Source of the DNA: Alphaproteobacteria bacterium
GTDB lineage: Bacteria; Pseudomonadota; Alphaproteobacteria; UBA8366; GCA-2717185
NCBI GenBank assembly: GCA_047631095.1
Contig: JBLHZD010000001.1
Span: forward strand, 1 to 52,000
Length of the DNA stretch: 52,000 nucleotides
Reading direction: 5' to 3'
In this document: positions 33,942 through 43,528 of the stretch, one piece after another
Position numbering within the stretch: position 1 is the first letter of the stretch
Layout of the letters: every line of letters starts with the position of its first letter
The notes under the pieces: generated by a model
Told to the model about the DNA's origin: nothing
Databases searched by the model: none
What the model saw: the letters and a program-made list of their open reading frames with translations, nothing else
Position numbers and translations under genes: made by a program

Positions 33942-33994
33942 CGCTGAATTCGACGTTGATCGGGAATAGATTTTGGCGTGTTTCCCGACATATC

Positions 33995-35125
33995 TCATCC
34001 ATCCATTCGCATTGGGTCCAGTTCCTGCGCTGCGGGCCCTTGTTGATGTAGAATATCGAAGATTTCGACCGCGCGGGCCAGGGAGAATTCTTCTGTGACG
34101 CGGTTGCGTGCGGCGGCGCCCAGGACCTTAAGGTCGTTGTCGCGAAGGTCGTGTAACGCTGCGGCGATCGCGCCAGGGTCGCGTGGCGGGACAATGCGGC
34201 CTGTGTCCCCGATAATGCGCCGCCCATCGCCGACATCCGTGGCGATGACGGGCAGGCCTGTCGCCATGGCTTCAACAATGGCGTTGGAAAACCCTTCCCC
34301 ATAGGCGGAGGCTGAAATTAGTATATCGGCGGCGCGTAGCAGCCTTGGCACGTCGGTTCGTCGTCCCAAGGCTGTGATTTGAGGGGAGGCGGGCAGTTTT
34401 TCGTGTGTGTCGGCGCCCATGATGATCGCTTTCGCCCAGGGTGTTTTTTCGAGCGCCGATAAGAGGGTCGGATAATCCTTCATCGGGTCATATCGGGCGG
34501 CGACGGCAATGACAAAATCAGAGGCGCGCAGACCAAACTCGGCGCGCACCGCCGCTCGGTCTTCCAATTTGGGCCGAAACCGTTGCGTATCGACGCCATT
34601 ATCGAAGAGCAGAAAATGGTGTGGCGTGTATCCCAGTTTCTGGTGCGCGCTGACGCCCGACGCCGAATTGGCGATAATTGCATCCGGGCGTTTGGAGAAC
34701 CAGGCGCCGGCCCGGATCACCACTCGAAGTATCAACCCATAATCGGACACATCCATGTCGGAGCAGCGAATGCCCCAATATACCTTGGTTCGCCGCCGTG
34801 CGCGGGCCAGCCAGACGGCGACCGACGCGGCAAGGTTGGCGTGATACATCCAGCCCTGCACGACGTCTGGCTGCTCGCGGGCGATCAGGCGCGCCAAAGC
34901 GCGTATTCCGGATAGGGGACGCCGCCGCACATTGAGTTGATGGACAACAACGCCTTCATTGGAAAGACGCGCGACGTTGGGGCCGCCCGGCGTTAAGCTG
35001 ACGATGACGGGCGCGGCGCCCTGTTTCATCTTGGCGAGCGCCAGCGCCGTCAACATGCTTTCCGCGCCGCCGGCGCCCAGTCCGGTGATGACGTGCATGA
35101 CGCGTGGATTGGAATCTTGATTCAT
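33995..35125 (-). CDS. glycosyltransferase family 4 (GT-B fold)
   Basis: 376 aa. The N-terminus is VMHVITGLGAGGAESML, and the C-terminal motif GEGFSNAIVEAMATGLPVIATDVGD is present. Confidence 0.85.
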   Translation of the reverse strand: MNQDSNPRVMHVITGLGAGGAESMLTALALAKMKQGAAPVIVSLTPGGPNVARLSNEGVVVHQLNVRRRPLSGIRALARLIAREQPDVVQGWMYHANLAASVAVWLARARRRTKVYWGIRCSDMDVSDYGLILRVVIRAGAWFSKRPDAIIANSASGVSAHQKLGYTPHHFLLFDNGVDTQRFRPKLEDRAAVRAEFGLRASDFVIAVAARYDPMKDYPTLLSALEKTPWAKAIIMGADTHEKLPASPQITALGRRTDVPRLLRAADILISASAYGEGFSNAIVEAMATGLPVIATDVGDGRRIIGDTGRIVPPRDPGAIAAALHDLRDNDLKVLGAAARNRVTEEFSLARAVEIFDILHQQGPAAQELDPMRMDG

Positions 35126-35157
35126 CTTTCTTCAGACTTTCGCCGCAGTGTGTTTGT

Positions 35158-36711
35158 TCAAGTGCGTTTGTTCAGCCGCGCCATGCCCCAGGCGGGCGCG
35201 ACGCCCAGAAACGCTACCAGCGCCAGAAGCATAAAGGCGTCATGATACCCCATGGTGCTGGCTTGTGCGTATATGATTTCGCTCAGATATTGAATCGCGC
35301 CAGGGTCCCGCGCGACCTCGGGTACGCCCGCTTCCGTGTAGAGACGGACCAGCTGATTGCGCATTTCAAGCGTTGTCTGGCTGGCGCCGGTTTGCATCGC
35401 GACATAGGCGTCGCCATGAAACGGGATGCGTAATTCCAGAAAGACGATGACGCAGTTTGTGCCAATTGCGGCGCCCAGCTTGCGGACGAAATTGATCGAG
35501 CTTGCGCCTTGATTCACCAGTTCCGCGGGCAGGGACTTCAGCGCGGTGGCGTTTGTGACCGGGCGGGTGAAGGCGCTGCCAACCCTGAGCAATATCGTGA
35601 ACCCCACCAAAGACCAGAAAGGCGTGTTTACATCCGCGCGCGCCAACAAGGCGTAGGCCGCCGCGAAGGCGATCAACCCCGTATAAATCAAATATTGCGC
35701 CGGTATGATGTCTGATAATCGTCCCGCGATTGGAAACAGAATGAACAGGGACAGGCCCGCCGGGATCATCATGAGCCCGGCGTTCAGAGGCGTGTAGTGT
35801 TGAATTTGCTGGACGAATAAAGGCAACATAAAGGTGGATGATAAAAAGGCGCACCCGGTGAAGAAGGCGATAAGCGCCGCCAGGGCGAATTGTGTGTTGG
35901 TGAACATGCGTAAATTCACCAAGGGCTCCGGCGTGTGCAGTTGTCGGAAGACAAAGCCGACGCCGCCGAACAGTCCGGCCCCGAAGAAGATCAGAATGTC
36001 GGTGGAGGTCCAGCCGAGCCGTTGACCGTAGCTGAAACCCATGAGAAGGCCGGTCAGGAACATGCAGAGCAGGGCAAAGCCGAGGAAGTCAAATTTTGGT
36101 AGTTGCCTGGGTCTTTCTCGACTTGGAATAAAAAAATTAGTCAGGACCAGCGCGAAAAAGGCGGTCGGTAGGGAGAGCAGAAATATATAGCGCCAACTGA
36201 ACATTTCGATGGCGAGTCCGCCCATGGTCGGACCCAGCGACGGCGCCAGCACCATGCCCATAGAGTAGATTCCCATCGATAGCCCTTTCTGGCTTGGTGG
36301 GAATACCTTGAAGGTCACCGCCATGCCAAGCGGTTGTATGGCGCCCGCCGCGGCGCCTTGTAAAACGCGGCCTAGTAATAAAGTATCAGGCCCTTCCGCC
36401 AGCGCGCTCATCGTGGCGCCGACCAAAAAGACCAGGAGCGCAACTGTATAGGCGCGGCGCTCACCCACCGCCTTAATCAACCAGGCGCTCAGCAACATGC
36501 CTGCGGTTTGGGAGGCGAAATAACCGGTCGTCAACAACTGCGCCTGATCGCGCCCGATGCCGAAGGCGCCCATGATATCGGGAAACGCGACATTCACCGT
36601 GGAGCTGGCGAGAGCAACCGTCATGGCGCCGACCATACAGGTCACCGTGGCGAGCCATTTATAGACCGGTCCGTATCGTATGAAGAGGTCGTCGATGCTC
36701 TCGGCGTTCAC
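35158..36711 (-). CDS. DHA2-family (EmrB/QacA-like, 14-TMS) MFS efflux transporter
   Basis: 517 aa. The hydrophobic pattern and length are consistent with 14 helices. The N-terminal YKWLATVTCMVGAMTVALASSTVNVAFPDIMGAF is typical of this family. Confidence 0.85.
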   Translation of the reverse strand: MNAESIDDLFIRYGPVYKWLATVTCMVGAMTVALASSTVNVAFPDIMGAFGIGRDQAQLLTTGYFASQTAGMLLSAWLIKAVGERRAYTVALLVFLVGATMSALAEGPDTLLLGRVLQGAAAGAIQPLGMAVTFKVFPPSQKGLSMGIYSMGMVLAPSLGPTMGGLAIEMFSWRYIFLLSLPTAFFALVLTNFFIPSRERPRQLPKFDFLGFALLCMFLTGLLMGFSYGQRLGWTSTDILIFFGAGLFGGVGFVFRQLHTPEPLVNLRMFTNTQFALAALIAFFTGCAFLSSTFMLPLFVQQIQHYTPLNAGLMMIPAGLSLFILFPIAGRLSDIIPAQYLIYTGLIAFAAAYALLARADVNTPFWSLVGFTILLRVGSAFTRPVTNATALKSLPAELVNQGASSINFVRKLGAAIGTNCVIVFLELRIPFHGDAYVAMQTGASQTTLEMRNQLVRLYTEAGVPEVARDPGAIQYLSEIIYAQASTMGYHDAFMLLALVAFLGVAPAWGMARLNKRT

Positions 36712-36744
36712 AATGGCGACCCATGATCAGCACGGCTCATTCGA

Positions 36745-37044
36745 TCAATATCCCTGGAACAGGAAGTCGAGCGCCGCAGTGATGTCGGAGAACCGGTCCG
36801 CGACAGTCGCGACCGGGGATTTCAGAATGTAACTTGGCGCAGCGGCCAGAAATTGTGTGACCATCACCATCTCGACGCCGTTGATGTCAAAGACCGGATT
36901 GAGCGTCCGCGCGGGCTGTGGCGCTGAATTTAACGGAAACAAAGGGACGACAATGCGGCTGTTCAAGCCTTCCAGAAGATCGGCTTGAACATCGAGAAGA
37001 TATCCGGCGCCGTCCGGGTTGGGGAATACATCGTATTTCGCCAT
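36745..37044 (-). CDS. ccdB: type II toxin CcdB family (gyrase poison)
   Basis: 99 aa. It aligns by eye along its full length with F-plasmid CcdB: ..LLDVQADLL..RIVVPL..LNPVF.I.G....VT..LAAAP..I...VA.....DI..ALDFLFQGY. Confidence 0.8.
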   Translation of the reverse strand: MAKYDVFPNPDGAGYLLDVQADLLEGLNSRIVVPLFPLNSAPQPARTLNPVFDINGVEMVMVTQFLAAAPSYILKSPVATVADRFSDITAALDFLFQGY

Positions 37045-37280
37045 CAGAACCGTTTATGGCGTTCGAGTGGCAGTCCATGCGTTTCGACCCATTGATTCGA
37101 GCTTTCAATGGCGTCGAGGTTTTCTGTCTTCCAGCGAGCGGCCTTTTCGCGTGCGACGGCCACTCGCACGCCATCCTCCGCAGCCTTGGAGAGATTGATT
37201 TCCAAGGCCCTCGCCGCATTTATCAGGCCTGAATCCAATGACAAATTGGTTGGCTTTTTTGAGTTGGTTGTTTGCGACAT
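37044..37280 (-). CDS. ccdA: type II antitoxin CcdA family
   Basis: 78 aa from ATG 37280, with AGGAG 5 nt upstream. The CcdA-like pattern NLSLDSGLINAARALEINLS..ARWKTENLDAIESSNQWVETHGLP is present. The stop shares one base with the ccdB ATG. Confidence 0.75.
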   Translation of the reverse strand: MSQTTNSKKPTNLSLDSGLINAARALEINLSKAAEDGVRVAVAREKAARWKTENLDAIESSNQWVETHGLPLERHKRF

Positions 37281-37301
37281 TCTCGCTCCTGAATTTTCAT
37301 G

Positions 37302-37335
37302 AGCATAGTTAATGCGCATAAATATGTAAATTAAC
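37302..37335 (-). promoter_or_regulatory. candidate ccdAB promoter with overlapping palindromes (possible operator)
   Basis: The minus strand reads TTTACA-N17-TATGCT. The 8-bp palindrome ATGCGCAT (37312-37319) lies in the spacer. The inverted repeat GTTAAT(37308-13)/ATTAAC(37330-35) flanks it. Confidence 0.4.
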
Positions 37336-37339
37336 GCCG

Positions 37340-38449
37340 TTAGCGCAATATCCCCGTCGTTTTCGCCTTGATAAGGTCGAAATCGATGTTGGTGCCCAGG
37401 CCCGGTTTGCTTGGCGCGTGCACCAGACCATTCTCGTCGACGTCGATGTCGTCCACCAACCCGTATTTCTGGGCGCCGTCGGGCAACAGTACTTCAAAGA
37501 ATTCACAATTCGAGAGCGCCACACAAAGGTGAAGGTTGGCGACGTTGTTCAGGGAATTGCCGCCATGGTGGATTTCAAAGTTCATTTTGAACCCCTCCGC
37601 CATATGCGCCGCTTTGAGGCAGGCGGTGAGGCCGCCTTTGACGGCGACGTCGCCGCGCAGATAATCCGTGGCCTGCAACATAATCCAGGGCGCATACCCG
37701 GCGAACCCGCCCGGCGAGTATTCGGTCGCCAGGATGGGGATGTCGAGGGTCTGGCGCAGCTTGACGTAGTTGTAGATGTCTTCTTCGGCCAGCGGGTCTT
37801 CGTACCAGTAATAGTCCAGCGCCTCGATGGCGCGGCCCACGCGAACGGCGTCGGGATAATCGTAAGACCAGGTGGAATCGAGCATCAAGGTAAAGTCGTC
37901 GCCAACGGCTTCGCGCACCGCTTGGCAAACCTTGATGTCCTTTTTCCATTGGGTGGGCGGGTGAATTTTATAGGCCGCCCAACCCGCCGCCTGAAACTCT
38001 TGCGCTTGCGCCGCATATGCTTCGGGGGATTCCATTGTCGCCGAACTGGCGTAGGCGGGCAGGCTATGGCGGAACGCGCCCATCATTTTATAAATCGGCA
38101 ATCCGGCGACCTTGCCCGCGATATCCCATAGCGCCACGTCCACGGCGCCGATGGCGCGCAGGGTGGATGCGCGCAGGCGGCTGTGGAGTTTGACGTTCAG
38201 AAGCTCGCGCTCCAATGGGTCCTGTCCCATGACGACGGGTTTCAGATAATCGATCAGAGATTGGGCGTCGATCGTGGCGCTGCGGCTGGCGGTGCCTAGA
38301 AAGGCGTGCCCTTCAACGCCATCGTCGGTTTTGATGGTCAGTAACCCAAGCTGGCTTTGCCCGGAAAAGACACCGGTGTGGTCGCCGTACCGGGTCGCGG
38401 GAATATCATCCCAGGCGAAGAGTGTGATTGTAAGGTCGTCGATCTTCAT
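37340..38449 (-). CDS. enolase-superfamily enzyme (mandelate racemase/muconate lactonizing family; probable acid-sugar dehydratase)
   Basis: 369 aa. AVDVALWDIAGKV is present. The metal-ligand pattern is LMLDS / WYEDP / LATE, and the His context is FEIHHGG. Confidence 0.85.
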   Translation of the reverse strand: MKIDDLTITLFAWDDIPATRYGDHTGVFSGQSQLGLLTIKTDDGVEGHAFLGTASRSATIDAQSLIDYLKPVVMGQDPLERELLNVKLHSRLRASTLRAIGAVDVALWDIAGKVAGLPIYKMMGAFRHSLPAYASSATMESPEAYAAQAQEFQAAGWAAYKIHPPTQWKKDIKVCQAVREAVGDDFTLMLDSTWSYDYPDAVRVGRAIEALDYYWYEDPLAEEDIYNYVKLRQTLDIPILATEYSPGGFAGYAPWIMLQATDYLRGDVAVKGGLTACLKAAHMAEGFKMNFEIHHGGNSLNNVANLHLCVALSNCEFFEVLLPDGAQKYGLVDDIDVDENGLVHAPSKPGLGTNIDFDLIKAKTTGILR

Positions 38450-38497
38450 GATCGCTTACTCCATATTTGCATGTCGAAAATCATTTGTGGATCAAGC

Positions 38498-39715
38498 TCA
38501 CCAGGCGGCCTCGAGCAGCGCCAGCATCTGCTCGGTGTAATCATCGGCCCGGTCGCCGGGATTGGCGTTGAAATTCTTGAGCGTGTCATTCGCCAGCAGC
38601 GAAAATTCCGCTTTCGGAATATCGAGTTGGCGCAACCGCGTCGGCATGCCCACGCTGGTATAGGCCTCGTCCATGGCGTCGCCGGTGGCGACCGCCGCCG
38701 CCTGAATGTCCATGCCGTCTTCCCAGACGCCGATGGCGGTGGCGACCCGGCGCGCAGATTCCAGATCGTCCGGCGGGACCAGGCGCGTGACCGTGGGAAT
38801 AATCGTCGAGGTCGATTCCCCCTGCCAGACATGATCGTAGCGAATATGCAGCGCGGTGGAGAGCGCATAGGCGTTGGCGCCGGTCTGGTCGCGCGCGCGA
38901 CGACGGCCCTGATCGTCATCGGCGGCGCGGTTCACCAGGAAGGCGGCGCTGCACAAATCCACTCGCAACGCCGCATTGTCGGGTTCGTTCATGATGCGCG
39001 GCATGGACCGGCGCAATAATTGAAACGCGTGGCCAATATCGCCTTCAACCAGCGGACTGGCCGCCGCGCCCAGCGCGCGTAGCGTGCTGGAATACATCGT
39101 CGATGCAGTGGAGCGAATGAGTTCGCGCGGCGCGGTTAACAGGGCTTCAGAATCCCAGAACAGGGCGACGGGCCGTGTTTTGGGGTCGAAATATTCCATG
39201 CGGTGGTCAAGGTCTTCATTCTTGAGCCCGGAACCCGCGCGGTTCATGGCGGTGGTCGGCGTCGTCGCGATATTGATGATGGGCGGTTTCGCCGCCATCA
39301 GGCGCGGGCTGTAGGCTGGTTTCCCTTCCGGGTATTGGGTCATCAGGTCGAACGGGTCGCCGTCCTCGCCCAACAGGATGGCGACAACGCGGGTCCCCAC
39401 GATGACGCTGCCGCCGCCAACCGCGATTAATAAATCCGCATCCGCGGCGCGTGCAGCGTCCACGCTCTTTTTCACCGCGGGCCAGCTGGAATCCTTGTCC
39501 ATCCCGTCGAAGGCGCCGGCGTAAAGCGGCCCGAGCGCCGTCTTGATGCGATCCAGCATGTTGGTTTTGTGCGCGATGCTCTGACCGCAGATGACGAAGG
39601 CGCGCGACGCCTTTTGGCGTTTGACCTCGCTCTCCAACTGGCCCAGCGCGTTATCGCCCGCATGCAGCCGCAGAGGATATCCGACCGCGCGAAATGTGTG
39701 CGTCTCCATGATCAA
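38498..39715 (-). CDS. iron-containing (group III) alcohol dehydrogenase family protein
   Basis: 405 aa. FVICGQS..DLLIAVGGGSVIVGTRVVA is the GGGS nucleotide-binding loop. Confidence 0.8.
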   Translation of the reverse strand: MIMETHTFRAVGYPLRLHAGDNALGQLESEVKRQKASRAFVICGQSIAHKTNMLDRIKTALGPLYAGAFDGMDKDSSWPAVKKSVDAARAADADLLIAVGGGSVIVGTRVVAILLGEDGDPFDLMTQYPEGKPAYSPRLMAAKPPIINIATTPTTAMNRAGSGLKNEDLDHRMEYFDPKTRPVALFWDSEALLTAPRELIRSTASTMYSSTLRALGAAASPLVEGDIGHAFQLLRRSMPRIMNEPDNAALRVDLCSAAFLVNRAADDDQGRRRARDQTGANAYALSTALHIRYDHVWQGESTSTIIPTVTRLVPPDDLESARRVATAIGVWEDGMDIQAAAVATGDAMDEAYTSVGMPTRLRQLDIPKAEFSLLANDTLKNFNANPGDRADDYTEQMLALLEAAW

Positions 39716-39726
39716 AACCCTCCCGG

Positions 39727-40236
39727 TTACGCTTGCATATCGACGCCGAAGGTTACGAGGAACTTCGACGTCATGATGTAGAATCCGATGGCGAGGTGGA
39801 GCTCCACCATGGCCTCTGGCGTTAAATGTTCGGCGACGGCGTCAAAGGTGGCGTCACTGGGTTTGTCCATGCGCACCACTTCATCGGTGAATCGCAGCAC
39901 GGCTTTTTCTGCATCCGTAAAAGCGGGTGAATCCGCGCCAGTTTCCAGCGCGTCGGTTTTCTCATCGCTCACCCCGGCGGCCTTGCCGATGCGTTTATGG
40001 GCGACGACTTCGTAGTCCGAGTTGCACAAAATGCCGGTGCGGGTGATGGCGATCTCTCGAAGGATCGGGTCCAGCGCGCCACGATAGCGGATGGCGTGTC
40101 CCATTTTGGCGTAGCGTTCGAAATGGGTTGGCGAGTGGGCCATCATCCGAAAAATATTCTTTTGGTCGAGCTTGTCGAGCAATTCGCGCGTGCGATCATC
40201 TTTCGCCGCGGGGTCGACATAATCAATGCGCGCCAT
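39727..40236 (-). CDS. carboxymuconolactone decarboxylase (AhpD-like) family protein
   Basis: 169 aa, with ..FRMMAHSPTHFERY..REIAITRTGILCNSDYEVVAHKRIGKAAG. Confidence 0.8.
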   Translation of the reverse strand: MARIDYVDPAAKDDRTRELLDKLDQKNIFRMMAHSPTHFERYAKMGHAIRYRGALDPILREIAITRTGILCNSDYEVVAHKRIGKAAGVSDEKTDALETGADSPAFTDAEKAVLRFTDEVVRMDKPSDATFDAVAEHLTPEAMVELHLAIGFYIMTSKFLVTFGVDMQA

Positions 40237-40396
40237 CTGCGCCTCCCTGGAATAAAATGAATTTTTGCCGGTCGTTCACGAACTGGAACGCTATCAGGCG
40301 AATAGCCGTTTCACAAGAAACCGCCGCCTTGTCTTGAAAGGCGCTATCTTTCATCATCCTTGTACGAATTTCTTCAGATAGTCGGAGGGTGAGGCG

Positions 40397-41278
40397 ATGA
40401 TGATTGGATATATTGGAATTGGCGATATGGGCGGGCCGATGGCGCGCAATATTCTGAAGGCCGGTAACGATGTGTTGGTTTACGATATCCAACAGGACAA
40501 GGTGGATGCGCTTGTCGCCGCTGGCGCGAAAGCCGCCGATAGCGTCGAGGACGTCGCGAACCAGGCGGAAATTGTGATGGTGTGCCTGAACACGGTCGCG
40601 GCCAGCCATGCGGTCGCCAAGGTGGTGTCGGGCGGATCGGCGGTGCGAATCTTCGTCGACCAGTCCACGACCGGCCCGACGGTGGCGAAAGAGCTGCGAT
40701 CCTATTTTGAAGGGACTGATATCCAGATGATCGATGCGCCGGTCAGCGGCATGATCGAAAAGGCCGTCGACGGCACATTGACCGTCATCTCGTCTGGACC
40801 GAAAGAAGCGTTCGATGCGGTGAAGCCCGCCTTTGAGGCCATGGGCGAAAACGTGTTCTGGCTGGGCGACCTTCCCGGCGGTGGCCAGATGATGAAAGTA
40901 CTCAACAATTATATCAATAATGTGCAGGCGGTTGGCACCAGCGAAGGCGTCACCATGGGGCTGAAATTCGGTCTGAATGCGCAAACCATGTTCGATATTC
41001 TCAACGTCAGCACCGGTCGGAATTCTCAGACCGAGGGCAAATTGGCCGAGGCCGTCATCACGGGCGTGTTCTCCGGCGGCGCCAATATGAAAATCAGCCA
41101 AAAGGATATCGGGCTTGGCGTTGAAGAAGGCGAGCGGATGGGGGCTGCGACCAATGCCGGACGCGCCGCCCGCGATACCTATGATCAGGCCATCGCCGAT
41201 GGCGGCGACAAGGAGCGCTCCACCGCAATTCTCAAACACGTCGCGTTGAAGGCCGGCGTGACGGTGGAGAAACCGTAA
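40397..41278 (+). CDS. NAD(P)-dependent oxidoreductase, 3-hydroxyisobutyrate / tartronate-semialdehyde reductase family
   Basis: 293 aa. The Rossmann motif IGYIGIGDMGGPMARN is present. The family-typical GQMMKVLNN stretch (which contains the conserved Lys) is also present. Confidence 0.88.
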   Translation: MMIGYIGIGDMGGPMARNILKAGNDVLVYDIQQDKVDALVAAGAKAADSVEDVANQAEIVMVCLNTVAASHAVAKVVSGGSAVRIFVDQSTTGPTVAKELRSYFEGTDIQMIDAPVSGMIEKAVDGTLTVISSGPKEAFDAVKPAFEAMGENVFWLGDLPGGGQMMKVLNNYINNVQAVGTSEGVTMGLKFGLNAQTMFDILNVSTGRNSQTEGKLAEAVITGVFSGGANMKISQKDIGLGVEEGERMGAATNAGRAARDTYDQAIADGGDKERSTAILKHVALKAGVTVEKP

Positions 41279-42576
41279 TGCCGGGCGTTTCCCAAGCCGC
41301 GCTCGATACGGCGGTGAAGGCGCGGCGTGATTTGGCGACGGAACTATTTGATACGTTGTCATCGGACACCGCGCATGGCGGGATTGGTCCGGGGGTCACC
41401 CGGGCGTCGTATGGTGAGGGCGAAAACATCGCCCACCGGCTGATTGCGGCGACGGGCGCGGCGCTGGGGCTCGAAGTCGCGCGCGACGCCGCCGCCAACA
41501 CTTATGTCACCTTGCCGGGGCGTGATCGGAGCGCCGCGCCGGTGATCATCGGGTCGCATCTGGATTCGGTGCAGAATGGCGGTAACTTCGATGGCTATGC
41601 GGGTGTTGTGGCAGGCGTGATCGCTTTGGCTGCGATGGTCGATTCCCGTTGGACGCCGGAACGCGATATTCGGATCATGGGCATTCGGGCGGAAGAAAGC
41701 GCATGGTTCGGCGTGTCGTATATCGGCAGCCGTTGCGCGCTGGGCCAGCTGCCCGACGGCGCGCTGGAAACCGCGACGCGCGCCGATACGGGCCGGACGC
41801 TGGCGGATCATATGCGCGCGTGCGGCGGCGATCCGGATGCCCTCGCCACGGGGGACGTTTATCTGAACCCCGCCGAGCTGCACGCGTATCTGGAATTGCA
41901 TATTGAACAAGGTCCTGTGTTGGAGCGCGAAGAATTTCCGGTCGGGATCGTGACCGGTATTCGCGGTAATTTTCGGTGCCCGGCGGCGCGTGTGTCGGGC
42001 GAGTATTCTCATTGCGGCGGCGTGCCGCGCGCATATCGGCGCGACGCGGTGATGGCGGCCAGCGAGTTCGTCACCCGGCTTGATGCGCTGTGGGGCGCGG
42101 CGGAAGAATCGGGCCGTGATATGGCGGTGACAATCGGCAAGTTCTTCACTGACGCCGATGAACACGCCATGACGAAAATCAGCGGCGCGGTGGAATTCAG
42201 TCTCGATGTGCGAACGCTCGATCCGGACTATCTGGACGCGCTGGAAACGCAGGTGATTGACCTGGCGGCGGACATTGCCGCGCGGCGGGAATTGGACTTT
42301 GACCTTGGCGCGATAACTCACGCCAAGGTCGGCGTTATAAACCCGGCGATTCAGGGCGCTTTAACCAAAGGCGCGGCGGCGTTGAGCGTGCCGGTCCGCG
42401 CCATCGCCAGCGGCGCCGCGCATGACGCCGCCGCCTTCGCCGCAGCGGGCGTTCCCACCGCGATGATTTTCATCCGCAACGCCAATGGTAGCCACAACCC
42501 GCACGAGGCCATGGAACTGGATGACTTCATGGACGGAACGCGCGTTCTGACCCGCTGGCTGGCGGAAAACGCCTGA
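41278..42576 (+). CDS. M20-family Zn-dependent amidase of the hydantoinase/carbamoylase (allantoate amidohydrolase / N-carbamoyl-amino-acid hydrolase) type
   Basis: 432 aa, with GSHLDSVQNGGNFDGYAGVVAG and SGAAHDA. The ATG shares a base with the preceding TAA (TAATG). Confidence 0.85.
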   Translation: MPGVSQAALDTAVKARRDLATELFDTLSSDTAHGGIGPGVTRASYGEGENIAHRLIAATGAALGLEVARDAAANTYVTLPGRDRSAAPVIIGSHLDSVQNGGNFDGYAGVVAGVIALAAMVDSRWTPERDIRIMGIRAEESAWFGVSYIGSRCALGQLPDGALETATRADTGRTLADHMRACGGDPDALATGDVYLNPAELHAYLELHIEQGPVLEREEFPVGIVTGIRGNFRCPAARVSGEYSHCGGVPRAYRRDAVMAASEFVTRLDALWGAAEESGRDMAVTIGKFFTDADEHAMTKISGAVEFSLDVRTLDPDYLDALETQVIDLAADIAARRELDFDLGAITHAKVGVINPAIQGALTKGAAALSVPVRAIASGAAHDAAAFAAAGVPTAMIFIRNANGSHNPHEAMELDDFMDGTRVLTRWLAENA

Positions 42577-42607
42577 AGGCGTTCGCCTTCGTTTAAATCA
42601 GAACGTG

Positions 42608-43528
42608 TTAGCCGACTTCCGCGCGCAGGCGGTCGTGCAATGTTTTGAGCGCTTCCAGTATGGCGTCCACGCTGCGTGCGCCGGACTGGAACACTGCGGT
42701 GGCGTTGAGCGCGATGCTTTCAAAACCCATTTCTTTCAAATCAGCGGCGCGGGCGGCGACCCGGTCCGGTTCGGAATAAAAGGTCTTGCCGTCCTCGTCG
42801 CCGGGGCGGGGCGGCGGGGCGATCATGCTTTGCCAGCCAATGGCGTTTGGATCGCGCCCGGCGGCGGAGGCGGCTTCGCGAATGGAATCCATGGCGCGTT
42901 TGGCGAAATCCGCGTCGGTCACGCGACTGGCGAGCCAGCCATCGCCATACTTACCGATGCGACGGTAGGCGGGCGGCGTGTTACCGCCGATCCAGATGGG
43001 AAGGTCGGCGCCTTGCGGCGATGGCGGCTGCATGGTCATCGCGCTGGCCTTGTAATAGGCGCCGTCGAAATCGATGCGTTCGTCGCGCCAGCAGGTGCGC
43101 AACACCTCGATGGCTTCGTCGGTGCGTTTGCCCCGGTCCGCAAAATTCTCACCGAGCGCGTCGAATTCGGATTTTTGCCACCCCACGCCAACGCCCAACC
43201 GCACCCGACCGCCGGACAGTAAATCCAGCGTGCTGAACTGTTTGGCCACCAGGACGGGGTGGCGTTGCGGCAGGACCAGAACTTCCGTGCCGAGTGTAAC
43301 GCGCGAGGTGACGGCGGCGGCGTAGGACAAGGTCGCGACGGCCTCCAAAACCGGCATCTTCGGCGAGTAGTAGGATTTGTCGCGCCCGGGGATATTGTAT
43401 CCCATGATAACGTGATCATAGATGTCGATATGGTCGTAGCCGATCTCTTCGATCCCGCGCGCCATGTCCGCAATTTTCGCAGGGCCTTCGCGATAGGAGA
43501 TGGCGGGAAATTCAATGGCCAGTTTCAT
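42608..43528 (-). CDS. LLM-class flavin/F420-dependent oxidoreductase (Rv2161c-like subgroup)
   Basis: 306 aa, with LSGGRVRLGVGVGW..F..RGKRTDEAIEVLR..W..PIWIGG..GDGW. Confidence 0.85.
   Translation of the reverse strand: MKLAIEFPAISYREGPAKIADMARGIEEIGYDHIDIYDHVIMGYNIPGRDKSYYSPKMPVLEAVATLSYAAAVTSRVTLGTEVLVLPQRHPVLVAKQFSTLDLLSGGRVRLGVGVGWQKSEFDALGENFADRGKRTDEAIEVLRTCWRDERIDFDGAYYKASAMTMQPPSPQGADLPIWIGGNTPPAYRRIGKYGDGWLASRVTDADFAKRAMDSIREAASAAGRDPNAIGWQSMIAPPPRPGDEDGKTFYSEPDRVAARAADLKEMGFESIALNATAVFQSGARSVDAILEALKTLHDRLRAEVG

Noticed and set aside
33862-34302. 146-aa minus-strand ORF overlapping the 3' end of the glycosyltransferase and the rplU promoter region
   Set aside because: It is in a different frame from a well-supported GT4 gene, is Pro/Arg/Ser-rich, and runs through a predicted promoter.
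37281-37319. Longer ccdA start (MRINYAHENSGAR..)
   Set aside because: It would place the start codon inside the predicted promoter/palindrome. ATG 37280 has a good AGGAG.
40223-42321. Two long minus-strand ORFs (379 aa and 320 aa) opposite the HIBADH-like and amidase genes
   Set aside because: Both are Arg/His/Gly-biased with no domain signature. The plus-strand genes have clear Rossmann and M20 motifs and translational coupling.
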